Source: Octopus vulgaris
Taxonomy: Eukaryota
Assembly: GCA_951406725.2 (NCBI GenBank)
Contig: OX597819.1
Location: forward strand, 106,268,001 to 106,332,000
Direction: 5' to 3'
Length of the DNA stretch: 64,000 bases
Below are positions 39,931-51,649 of the stretch, in pieces. A model generated the notes under the pieces. It saw only the letters and a list, made by a program, of their open reading frames with translations. It was not told where the DNA came from and searched no databases. The stretch's first letter is position 1. Every line of letters begins with the position of its first letter. Both the position numbers and the translations under genes were made by a program.

Positions 39931-40189
39931 AAGGAATTTTGTTAAATCGTCGTTCGACTCCATTCTTTCATATATTCATATATATATATATATTCATGTG
40001 TTGAAACAAATTCTGTCGAGTCTAGAGGCGTAAATGACTCTCCTTAAAAACAACAACACCTCTCTTTCTCTCCCTCTCCCTCTCTCTCTATCTCTCTCTC
40101 ACTATCTATTTATCTATCTATCATCTGTGTGTGCTCTCTCCTTTTCTTTTTTCCTTTTCGTTTTCTCTAACACATCCACACTTCATCTG

Positions 40190-40505
40190 GCTGAACTATT
40201 TCACTCCCTTAACTGGATCTCGTTCGCGGGTGATTTTTACCAACATGTCACGGGAGTGGCCATGGGAATAAGCCCAAATATTTTCAAGATTCACTCGTCC
40301 CACTCCCGTTATATTGATGACTGTAGTGGTGCGATCTCGCTCTCCGGCGAAAAATTAGACTCTTGCCTCTCTTTTGTCCAATCTTTCCAGGCTGCCTTCG
40401 AATTCTCCTACACTATATCCAACACTTCCATCGCCTATCTCGACATTTCGGTCAGCAATCATCACACCAAACTCACCACCCCATCCACTAAAAACACAAC
40501 GACTC
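40190..40505 (+). mobile_element. Penelope-like RT fragment
   Basis: SFAGDFYQHVTGVAMG...RYIDDCSG...SFVQSFQAAFEFSYTISNTSIAYLDISVS in ORF 40034. Confidence 0.85.
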
Positions 40506-41029
40506 AGTAAAAAAAAATCAGTAAAACACCAAAAGAGCCAACAATTTGCTTCGATTTATATACATTATTTGATTTATAAACAATTCAATTCCCTCATATA
40601 AGGCTAATCAGTGCTATGGTTTAAAGATACACAAAATTCCGAGTGAAAGGACGGCTGGAATGTTACATTATTAATTCAGTACCTATATATTATGACTTTT
40701 CAGCTACATAACAATTAAAAAACAACAAAATTATAACGGACACTATAATTAAATAAATAGAGTCTACAAGTATCTACAAGTATCTACATGTCTCAACTAA
40801 TATTAATCCAAACTCGTTTAGACAATCTATGACTATTATAATAACATACAACAATATAAATATATAAATCAAGTATCAGGGTCTTACTTAATCTCGAGAC
40901 TGTAATAGAACGCGTAAAAAAATATAAATGATAATATACTATTATATTAGTAAAATATAAGAACTCATCTCTTTATTTAAAATTATTGAAATAAAAAGAA
41001 TTAAAGTAACTAGCAAAAAAGTTGTTCTT

Positions 41030-41160
41030 TACACATTTAGTTTATCGGAGGGAGAATTCCGTAATGAATATGACGAGAAACGTAACAAAAATGTTCTTTA
41101 TTTACTTAATTTTTCGGAGGGAGAATTCCATAATAAATATGAAGATAAACTTAAAGCTAC
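41030..41160 (+). repeat. Tandem duplication of a ~69-bp unit
   Basis: tgttcttta...tcggagggagaattcc(g/a)taat(g/a)aatatga occurs twice. Confidence 0.75.
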
Positions 41161-41570
41161 AATAACTAAAACCTGCATAATCTCATAGATACAGAGTTAA
41201 TCTATTATAATGGATATCAAAATATAACTAGTTTTTTTTAGAAGTAATCAGATTTGAACTTACTTAAATAAGGATTATTCACAGTAACTAATAAGTAGAT
41301 GTCCCCTTATTCATATATTATGCAAGGGAGATCACAATAAATAAAAATTAAGTAATAAAAACAAAACAAGGATTGAGTGCCGATCCTCGATAAATATAAT
41401 TTTTTTTCTATAAAGGACTATAAATAGTATATATACAAATCTTATTAATTCTTCCAGGAGTAACAAAAATAATATTGCTGTAATAAGAATGAAAGTTATA
41501 TACTATACAATACTATAATAATTATTATTGTGGTTATTAAATGTAGATAGTAAGTCGAATAAAACTATTC

Positions 41571-41603
<33 letters not shown>

Positions 41604-44600
41604 TTTTTTTTTTCTTCTTTCAAATTTTCTTCCATTTCTTGCCGAGTGTCTTCCCGACTCCTAGGGCAAAGAAACTCATAGTGTATATTGGTAGGCCATT
41701 AAACCAAACTCAGTAGTTCGTTCATTTTTTTTTTTTTTTTTTTTTTTTAAAGTTAAATTAAAATACATGAGCAGCAACAGTTCTCACATCGACAATGCTC
41801 TTCTCAATACGTGTGATGTACCAGTTAAGACAATCTTTTGCACTTCTTGCAGGGATGGTAAGCCAGGGATCATTCTCATATAATTTTCGGTTCCCTTCTT
41901 GATCATTCCTAGTGCTCCTACGATCACTGGTATTGTAACCGCCTTGAGATGCCACATTTTCTCAATTTCAATGAGTAGGTCTTTATATTTTCTGAGCTTG
42001 TCAAACTCTTTCGCTGAGATATTATGATCACAGGGGATGCTCATGTCGATCAATAAGCAAACTTTATTGTTTTGGTCTTTCACAACAATATCTGGTTTAT
42101 TGGCCTTGATGGTTCGGTCTGTATGTACTGGAAAGTCCCACAGAATGGTTACATTTTCTCCTTCAGTTACAGCCTCAGGGTGGTGATTATACCACTTGTC
42201 GGCAGTTTTGATATTGTAATGCCGACTTATTAGCCAGTGGAGATATTGGCCAACTCTGTCATGTCTTAATTTATACTCCACTGGTGCTAAGACTTTACAT
42301 CCAGAGATTAGGTGGTCCACTGTTTCAATCATGTCGTTGCAGAATCGGCATTTTGGGTCTGCTCCATTTTTCATCACATTGGCCTGGTAGTTCCGGGTTA
42401 ATAGGCTTTGGTCTTGAGCAGCCAGGATGAAACCTTCGCTCTCTGCTTTTAGCCCTGAGCTCCGCAGCCACTGATGGGTTTGCTTCTGGTCAACATCAGC
42501 TTGTTTGCTGCGGGTCACATATTTGCCGTGCAGAGGTTTCTCCTCCCACCTATCAGCCAATTGCTCGTGCGCTTTTTTCATTGCCATCATTTTCACCTTC
42601 TTTGCAACAATAGTTGCCGTACTTCCCTCGGGTTGTTCAGTTTGGGTATCCTGCACGAGATCAATAGCAAATTTTTTGCTTTCCTTGATGATAGAATGAA
42701 GCTTCTTTCGTCTCTCGTGATTTTCCACGAGCTTTAGCATCCAGTCATTCGATATTTCGAGATATTTGGCCAGTCCAATTGTGGTTGTTTTGTAAGCTAT
42801 TTCAAATTGGATCAGGCCTCGACCTCCTTGGGCTCTGGGAAGGTAAAGGCGATCTACGTCTGCCTTTGGGTGGTGCATCCTATTACAACTCAGCAGCTTG
42901 CGTATTTTTCTATCTATATTCTTTACTTCACTCATATTCCAGTTCAACACATTGTAGCTATAAGTAACAACTGGAACTGCTAAGGAATTTATAGCTAACA
43001 CCTTGTTACGTGCATTTAGTTCAGATTTCAGGACTGCACGAACTCTCCTATAACATTCCTTCCTGATTTTCTCTTTCATGCTTGCATGCTGAATACCAGA
43101 GCCTTCATTTATCCCTAAATATTTGTATGTCTGTTCTTGCTCAAGCTCTCTTATGACTGTGTCAACATCTAACACGACTGAATTTGTGGTCTTCACTTTC
43201 CCTTTCTGGAAAGTGGCCTTGGCACACTTCTCAAGTCCAAACTCCATCCCGATGTCATCGCTGAATGCTTTCACTGTGCGCAATAGGCCTTCAAGTTCAT
43301 TATTGTCTTTACCATAAAGTTTTAAGTCATCCATATAAAATAGATGGCTTATTTTTTTATTGGCAATTTTATACCCATACCCTGTTCTGTTTAATTCACT
43401 TGTAAGGGGTATTAGGGCTATGCAGAATATTAAAGGTGAAAGTGAGTCACCTTGAAAAATTCCACAGTTGATGTTTATATTTTCTGAGGCAAGTACTCCA
43501 TTAGAGTGGTATAATTGGAGATTCGTATTCCACAACGACATATTGTGCTTCAGGAAGTTTGAAATCACAGGGGAAATTTTAAAGATGTCCAGCGATCTCA
43601 AGATCCATGGATGCGGTATACTGTCGAAGGCCTTTTTATAGTCAATCCATGCGGTGCTGAGATTTCTGCGCTTGTTGTGACAGTTCTCAAGGATCATACG
43701 ATTGATTAGCAGTTGATCTTTGCATCCGTAAGAGCCTCGGCGGCACCCTTTTTGTTCCATGGGGAAAATATCGTTCTTCTCCATGAATGCATATGTTTTC
43801 TCCGCCAGGATAGATGTTAGGATTTTATACGTGGTGGATAGACAGGTTATAGGCCGATAGTTTTTTGGAAGGTTGGTTTCGTTATTCTTTGGGAGTAGGT
43901 AAGTAATGCCACTTGCTAACCATTCAGGTGTTTTCTTTGGGTCTCTCAAAATTCCATTAAGCAGCTGAACTAGCTTACCGTGTGCGCACGGGAGCGATGC
44001 GAGCCAGAAATTCGGCACCCTATCTTTACCGGGGGATTTCCAATTATGGGCCTTCGTGAGTGCCTTTCTTAGGTCTGCTATTGTGATGTCTTCCCATGCT
44101 TGTTGTAAATTTTGGTAGGATCCTTCAGTTTGTATAATCCAGTCTGCATTTATGTTGTACGTCTTCTTGTCACTCCAAATCCTTTCCCAAAAGTTTTGAA
44201 CTTCTTCCATGGGAGGAGGGTCTTTAACGGTTACTTTCTCCTTCCCTATTTCTCTGTAGAATTTTTTGGCATTGGATGTGAACAGCTTATTTTGCTTGTA
44301 AAACTTGTTTCTCTTCTCAAATCTTCGTATTCTTTGGGCTTTTGCTTGGACTTTTTGTTTCAGCGTTTCTTTTATTGATATCAGTTCTTCTCTTGGTGAG
44401 GATCCAAATTTTCTCTTCATCTTTCTTCCTGTTCTGGATCTTACATCATTTCCACATATTAGTTCATTTAATATTGATATTTCCCCTCTCATAAATTCAA
44501 TCTCTTTTTCAATTTTACTTCTCCAGGTTTGATTTCTTCCCAGGTTTTGTTTTCTTTGTTTTTTCGGGGGCATACAGCTGGTTTCAATTGCCCTAGCAGA

Positions 44601-44930
44601 AGCGTAAATAATTTCATTTAACTCAGTAAAATCAGGTTTTAATTCTCGTATTATTTCATTTGTTACATAGTTGCCAATTTGGATTTGTTTTTTATTTTGG
44701 TTTGTATTTGAGAGTTTATGAAGCGGTTCTCTATCATTCATACTTGTATGTCTTACAACTTCAAGCGTATTCAGGATTTTCTGCCTCATTTCTGCCATAG
44801 ACTCTCTGTGTTCTTCAGAAAATGCGAGATCTTCAGTTACTGTTGTTTTTTCGTTTTCCTGGCTATCTTTAACAGGTACAATAGAATTTCTTGTATCTTC
44901 AGGCCTTTGCGTACTTTGGTCAGATGTTTT
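41604..44930 (-). mobile_element. 5'-truncated young R4/Dong-like LINE inserted in a (TAA)n microsatellite
   Basis: Both ends abut (TTA)n on the plus strand. About 180 nt 3' UTR ending in an A-rich tract. The frame stays open for 44 codons upstream of the first Met, up to the 5' junction, as expected for 5' truncation. Confidence 0.9.
41784..44798 (-). CDS. Non-LTR retrotransposon polyprotein (RT + CCHC zinc knuckle + restriction-like endonuclease), R4/Dong clade
   Basis: Uninterrupted 1004-aa ORF. RT motifs KSPGKD, NYRPITCL, EQKGC, WIDYKKAFDS, GIFQGDSLSPL, YMDDLKL, YKYLG. Knuckle CRFC..ETVDHLISGC, then RHD and the PD..D RLE core KPDIVVKD...LIDMSIP...KYKDL. No APE domain. Confidence 0.96.
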   Translation of the reverse strand: MAEMRQKILNTLEVVRHTSMNDREPLHKLSNTNQNKKQIQIGNYVTNEIIRELKPDFTELNEIIYASARAIETSCMPPKKQRKQNLGRNQTWRSKIEKEIEFMRGEISILNELICGNDVRSRTGRKMKRKFGSSPREELISIKETLKQKVQAKAQRIRRFEKRNKFYKQNKLFTSNAKKFYREIGKEKVTVKDPPPMEEVQNFWERIWSDKKTYNINADWIIQTEGSYQNLQQAWEDITIADLRKALTKAHNWKSPGKDRVPNFWLASLPCAHGKLVQLLNGILRDPKKTPEWLASGITYLLPKNNETNLPKNYRPITCLSTTYKILTSILAEKTYAFMEKNDIFPMEQKGCRRGSYGCKDQLLINRMILENCHNKRRNLSTAWIDYKKAFDSIPHPWILRSLDIFKISPVISNFLKHNMSLWNTNLQLYHSNGVLASENININCGIFQGDSLSPLIFCIALIPLTSELNRTGYGYKIANKKISHLFYMDDLKLYGKDNNELEGLLRTVKAFSDDIGMEFGLEKCAKATFQKGKVKTTNSVVLDVDTVIRELEQEQTYKYLGINEGSGIQHASMKEKIRKECYRRVRAVLKSELNARNKVLAINSLAVPVVTYSYNVLNWNMSEVKNIDRKIRKLLSCNRMHHPKADVDRLYLPRAQGGRGLIQFEIAYKTTTIGLAKYLEISNDWMLKLVENHERRKKLHSIIKESKKFAIDLVQDTQTEQPEGSTATIVAKKVKMMAMKKAHEQLADRWEEKPLHGKYVTRSKQADVDQKQTHQWLRSSGLKAESEGFILAAQDQSLLTRNYQANVMKNGADPKCRFCNDMIETVDHLISGCKVLAPVEYKLRHDRVGQYLHWLISRHYNIKTADKWYNHHPEAVTEGENVTILWDFPVHTDRTIKANKPDIVVKDQNNKVCLLIDMSIPCDHNISAKEFDKLRKYKDLLIEIEKMWHLKAVTIPVIVGALGMIKKGTENYMRMIPGLPSLQEVQKIVLTGTSHVLRRALSM

Positions 44931-44937
44931 ATTATTA

Positions 44938-44968
<31 letters not shown>

Positions 44969-44990
44969 ATTATTATTATTATTATTATAA

Positions 44991-45063
<73 letters not shown>
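44931..45063. repeat. (TTA)n array separating the two R4/Dong elements
   Basis: Direct reading. Confidence 0.97.
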
Positions 45064-45067
<4 letters not shown>

Positions 45068-46418
45068 TAGTTTTATTTTTATAGCGTGCTTTCACTTTAC
45101 TACCGAGCGCAGCTTTGTGTGCCTTAGGTATGTGCTGTGATTTGTTGTAATGATCTGATGGTTATTGTATGGAAAGTGTTCTGCGTAGGATGTGTGCAGT
45201 GCCTAGTAGTGCAATTTTCTGTATGTTATATGTGTTTGTAAGTCCTTGTGTTTTTGTTATGTATTTGTCTGAATATTTTTTATCATGCCTAATGCACCTA
45301 CTATGATAGGAATTGTTTCTGTTTTTAGATTCCACATTCTGGTTACCTCTATTTCCAGGTATTTGTATTTTGAGAGTTTCTCCATTTCTTTTAGAGACAC
45401 GTTGTCATCTGCCGGTATTGATACATCAATTAGAAAGCATTTTTTTCTTCATGATCTCTGACAACTATACCTGGTCTGTTGGCCTTAATTTCTCTATCTG
45501 TGTGCATCGGCATATCCCAGAGTATGGTTGCTTTCTCGTTTTCTGTGACCTTTTCTGGTGTGTGCCTATACCATCTTTTTTCTGTTGTTATTCCATAATG
45601 TTGGCATAGCTTCCAGTGTATGTAGGTTCCAACTCTGTCATGTCTGTGAATATATTCCTCCTTAGCCAGGACTGGGCAGCTAGAGATAATATGATTTATT
45701 GTTTCTTGTCCATCTCCACATATTCTGCAGTTACTTGTTATATTACTTTTCATTACATGTTTTTGGTAATTTCTGGTGGTGAGGCTTTGGTCTTGTGCTG
45801 CAATTAAAAATCCCTGTCTCTGCTTTGAGTCCTGAGCTTCTCAACCATTGCTGGGATTTTTCTTTGTCTATTTCTTTTGTATTTAGTTTAGTCCAGTATT
45901 TGCCATGAAGGGGCTTTTCCTGCCATCGTTTTATCATGGTTCGTTGCTGTTCTACTTTTAGTTTGGATTTCATTTGTTTTATAGCTTTTGTTGTTTCTTC
46001 ATCATCTTCTTCTTCTTCTTCTTCTTCATATTTATTAGGTGGTATGATTTCTTGTTTGTATTTGTCAGCTTCCTTAAATACTGAGAACAGTTTTTTGTTT
46101 TGCTCGTGTTTTGCTGTTATTTGTATCAGTTTTCCTTCCTTCTGAAGTAGTTATTTTTGCAGTCCTATGGTGGTTATTTTATAGTAGTTTTCCAGCTGTA
46201 TAAGGCCTCTACCACCTTCTATACGTTGTATATATAGTCTTTCTATGTCGGATTTGGGGTGATGCATCCTAGATCCTGTCATTATTTTTCTTGTTTTCCT
46301 ATCTATTTTGGTCAGTTCATTTCGTGTCCAGTTAAGGATATTGTAGCTGTAACTTATAACTGGGACAGCTAAAGTGTTAATACCTATTATCTTGTTTTTA
46401 GCATTGAGCTCTGTTTTT
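45064..46418 (-). mobile_element. Second, degraded R4/Dong-like LINE 3' fragment (different subfamily)
   Basis: Frameshifted pieces homologous to the C-terminus of the intact ORF: TELNAKNKIIGINTLAVPV, RWQEKPLHGKY, CRICGDGQETINHIISSC, RHDRVG, ILWDMPMHTDREIKANRP. Flanked by (TTA)n on both sides. Confidence 0.9.
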
Positions 46419-46460
46419 ATTATTTATTATTATTATTATCATTATTATTATTATTTTATC

Positions 46461-46514
<54 letters not shown>

Positions 46515-46757
46515 CATCATCATCATCATCAATTAATAAATTAAATGAATGTATTTATACTTATAATTATTTAGTATAATGAAGACATCTTATTTGTAAT
46601 ATATAATTGATATTAAATTGCTAATATGATGATGTATTTTACCGTAGCTACTACAATTTACACTAGAAACATTCAAAACTCTGTATTAAAGCACTAAAAA
46701 ATTAATTTCCCAAATTCAATATTATTATATAGTTTAAGACAACAAAACTTAGACACA

Positions 46758-46799
<42 letters not shown>

Positions 46800-47091
46800 C
46801 ACACACACGGGCGCACGCACGCACACACACACGCACACACACACACGGGCGCACGCACGCACACACAAAAACACACACACACACACACACACACAAATAC
46901 GAGTTTGGATTAATATTATTTGAGATATATGGAAATATATTTCGATTGTTGTAAATTCTATTTAGCTAATTATTTACATAATTATTTTCATATTATATGT
47001 TATTATAATTTAAATAAATTATTGGATTTTCAATTGTATCTCTGTAATTAATTCATTTCTTATTATGTACACATATAAATGTATGTATGTG

Positions 47092-47128
<37 letters not shown>

Positions 47129-47240
47129 GTACACACATATATATGTATATATATGCATATATATACGAATATAATTATACGTATATGCCTAAATTTTCTA
47201 TGATATATATATATATATTAATACATACATGTCATAGATA

Positions 47241-47287
<47 letters not shown>

Positions 47288-47288
<1 letters not shown>

Positions 47289-47487
47289 GGAAAGTTTACG
47301 AAAATAAAGAAAAGACGAAGGCAGGTGGTGTACAAACAAACAGATGTATTAGTATAGCGCTCAGGAATAGAAAAAAGTATTTTACGTTTCGAGCCTACGC
47401 TCTTCTAATGAAAGATACACAGAAAAAAACAAAGAGAGAAATAAGGAGAGAAAAAAATGTGTGTAGTAGCTAACGATCTATCATGGC

Positions 47488-47488
<1 letters not shown>
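47288..47488 (-). repeat. Family H2 copy
   Basis: Aligns with 28073-28284; (TA)n on both sides. Confidence 0.85.
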
Positions 47489-47559
<71 letters not shown>

Positions 47560-48955
47560 AATTTATACAAATACGTATAATTAGAATCGTGTGTTTAAAG
47601 GGGATTAGAAATAGTCGATAAATTCAATATACACGATAGATCCGAGCCTTATGCACCACAAACACCACGAATAAAAAATATACGTGTATGAAGTATATGA
47701 CCTAAACGTCCTGCTTTAACGTTGTTGTCCTCTTTAACAATTATATATCATAGGTGATCTAAACAACTAGGTACGCTGTGGAAGTGCTGTAACGGATTAC
47801 CGGGGCTCCAAGGTTATGGCCGAGACGGGAGTTATGGAGCCATTGTAGATTTCCGATATGTGCCCTATTAATTAATACACTCAATGCTTCGATTTCCACT
47901 CATTTGCTTATTTATCATATTTTTAATTGAATAGTCGTTGACTCTGTCCGTTATTGGAGTTGCATTCTTTTTGTTTGTTTGTGCGTATGTGTGTGCGTCT
48001 GTGTGCATGTGCATACAATATGCATGCATGTATGTATGTATGTATGTATGTATGTATGTATGTATGTACACGTGTGTGTGTATGCATATATATATGTATG
48101 CGTGTGTATGCATATACATATGTATGCGTCTGTGTACGATCATATGTACGCATTCCGCATATTCATGTTTGCGTGTTCATGCTTGTGTTTTTGTCTGTGT
48201 GTGTATGTGCATGTTTGTTAATGTGTATGTGTATTTGTGTGTGTACCCCTGTCTTCTCGTGTGTGCATGTTTGAGTGTGTCTATATGTATGGGTTTGTGT
48301 CACTATGTAAGTCCGTTTGTTATGAATGGAAATGTGTCTCCATATGTGTCCTTGTGTGTGTGAAGTGTGTCTATATGGTCTTGTCTTTCGTTCTTCTTCT
48401 CTGTGTGTATGTGTGTATATATGTGTGTAAGTGTGTGTGCTTGTCTGTCCATATAACCTATGTACACATCTTTCTAAATAGCCGTGGATAAATTTGTATA
48501 TCTTAATAGTACTCTCGCGCAGTTAAGTTACCTGAACGAAAATTAACAGTCACAAGATTTCAAATAATGATTTATATCCTGAGATGCAATCAAATAACAA
48601 AGCGAATTTAAAAATTGATCTCTGTTGAAAGGATTACATACATACATCTTAGTGGAATTATATGCCCCAATGCAAATGAATGCCATGGGCTACGCAGCAT
48701 TTACTTACTGAGAGCAAGCCAAAACATGCATAGACCAGAACTGAGGCACTTAAACAATATAGAATCCTCGGATACCTCAATCATCGTTACCATGTCTTAC
48801 GTATGCGTCACTGGGGAGACCAACTGAGGTTAAAGTCCGTATTTTATATTTCACCTTCCTTCTAAAAGGTTTCAACACACAAAGTCTTCTCGAGATATCT
48901 GCTGGAGGCGAAGGTTAGAGCGAGTGCAGTTCTTAGTTTTTATATATGTTTAACA

Positions 48956-49093
<138 letters not shown>

Positions 49094-50461
49094 GTATTTT
49101 AATCAAATTCTGTTCAAACAGGTTTGTATTAATAGGTATATTCTTTTCATTCTCACATACACACGTGCTCAGAAAATTGCAGATGCACACATATAACATA
49201 TGTATGCGCATACGAACAAAATACATATACACATCCGTATATACAAACATGCACATGCATACGTTTCTCCTTCTCTCAATCTGTACCTCCTCTCTCTCAC
49301 CCCTCTCTCCCCTCGTCCCTCTCCCTCTCTCTCCTTATCTCTATCACTCTCTGAATGTTAAAATATGAAAGATGTTAAAATATGAAATAATTTTCATACA
49401 TGCATAGGTTCGCTTCAAACAGCGATATTAAAACATGCACATTCATGGTCGAATAATTAAATTAATTTGATTGAATTAAATCAATTATCATATCACCTTT
49501 CTCCTCAGTGCAAGAAGTCTAAATAAACAATTATTATTACACAGGAAATAGCGGAGAATAATTTCGGATATACATATTTATGCTTATGAAAATTACGAAC
49601 ATCATCATAAAGAATGTGAGTCTAGTTATGTATAAACTAAAGCTAAGCCAACTAATGGTTATTTGAAAGTATAAGTGAAAAGGTTTTATGAGACGTTCCC
49701 TCTATAGAAGAGTAAATAGATAAGTACTTCAAACTCCATACAAGTCATGTATGAAATAAAGTTTTATAGAACTGTCGAATAGAAAGGCATGGTTATGTTT
49801 GAATTTGGGTATAATTTGACAATTATAAACAATATTAGGTATGGTTTGTATTGAAAAAAAGTGAGTGAGAATGAAATTAAACTAGTGAATGTAGTATATA
49901 ATGGCTGCTGAAAAGCAACGAGAACAAGTATTCGGGGTTGAAATACTTAAAGAGCGACGTAAAATGAAGTTGCGTTAGTGTAAGAACTAATATTCGTCTG
50001 TATGTATTAAATATAAGGTAAAATATTTTTAAAATATGAAATTAGTAGTTGATATTATAGATTTAGATAGTAAATACTTGCTGTGGCTATACATACTAAA
50101 AAGAACGTTCAGAGGTTTAATAAGATGTAGTAAACGGAAGATAACAATGTTGGGGAGATAATATAGCTAGGAAAGTAAAGTAGAAATTTTTTTTAATTAT
50201 TAGTATCGCTATGTAATACATTGACTATGTTTAGGTATAAATAAAAGTATGAGTTAAGAAGTTAGCTTGGCATAAAGTGAGAGGGAAGTATAGAGTAATA
50301 TTATGTAATAAGTATTCAAGTTATAGAAGGTTATTGTGCATTATGAATATAAGAAAAGATTTTTTATGACTAGTGTGTGTGTATATATGTGCACACGTTC
50401 ATATTAAAACTACATATTAGTGGTAACATATAGTTAATAAGCACGATAGTAGTAGTAGTAA

Positions 50462-50493
<32 letters not shown>

Positions 50494-50523
50494 ATAGTAG
50501 TAGTAGTAGTAGTAGTGGTAGTA

Positions 50524-50580
<57 letters not shown>

Positions 50581-50590
50581 GTAATAATAA

Positions 50591-51147
50591 ATGCCCCGAT
50601 GCAGTACCAGGCAGTGGCTCTCGTGGCTTCTGATCTTAACTGATTTGAAGTTTTATCGTTTACATTGTTTTGTCTTGGTATAAAAGATGGGCTACAGCAA
50701 ATATTCTGCTCAATACCACAGATTTGCTTGTCAGTTGTTTGACCTTAACCAGTTGAGCATGTCCCTTAGTGGCTGACGATATGTGCATCTCTGATCACGA
50801 GCAGAAGTAGTGGAGGAGCATCATAGCCATGTGTTGAGAGGGATTTTGGGGGGTTTGAATAATTCACCTCTGGAAACATGGGTGTTTCGTTCAACATCCT
50901 TAAACGATCCTTATTCAGGGACCTTTTGAGCGGGATGGGTTACTCGACCAGAAGAAAATTCTAACTGGGCCCCACCTACAAGGTCATGTGCTGTTTATGT
51001 TGATATGGGATCACCACGTCGCACACATATGGTTATGATGCATGTGCCTGGTGTAACCTTATCAGACGGGTAGTCATGATGGGTATACTGGGCTTCGTAT
51101 ATTTTACGCCAGTGTCACTTTGATGGCTTGCACTGCTCTCTCACTCC
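50591..51147. mobile_element. ~560-bp non-coding insertion within a (TAA)n array
   Basis: Sharp rise in GC content between (TAG)n(TAA)n at 50447-50590 and (TAA)n at 51148-51188. No long ORF. Confidence 0.65.
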
Positions 51148-51191
<44 letters not shown>

Positions 51192-51649
51192 ATTAGATTT
51201 ACACACACAATGACAAATAGAATCGATATCTAGAAATGCACACATTTTTGTAGATAAGTTGACCACCAAGAAGTATTATATATGTTTGCATATATCAGGT
51301 AGATTGGCAAGTGACATAAAACATTGTTAATTAAAATATGTAAGTGGAGGGGGATTTTGTTAGGATTTTGTTAGGTACAAAAAAGATAGTTATATTATAT
51401 ACTAAAGGAAGATATAAAAATAAATTGACAGAAAGGAAGGTGTAAGGAGATTTGGAGAAAATGTTAGCCCAATATAATATGGGTCATGTAATTATCAGAG
51501 GGAGGAGTTAAATAATAGATATATATCAATATGATATAAGATAAAGTGATGTGCAGAGGCGATGAGTAATCGACTTCCAGAGAAAGGGTTAATATATAGA
51601 GATATTTTAATAAAAGATTGAGATATTACAAAAAAGAAGTGTTATTAAA

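Noticed and set aside
41784-44798. Bacterial retron, group II intron or DGR reverse transcriptase
   Set aside because: The C-terminal CCHC plus RLE, A-rich 3' end and 5' truncation identify a eukaryotic non-LTR retrotransposon.
41758-44990. Overlapping antisense or alternate-frame ORFs within the LINE
   Set aside because: Shadow ORFs of the long coding frame.
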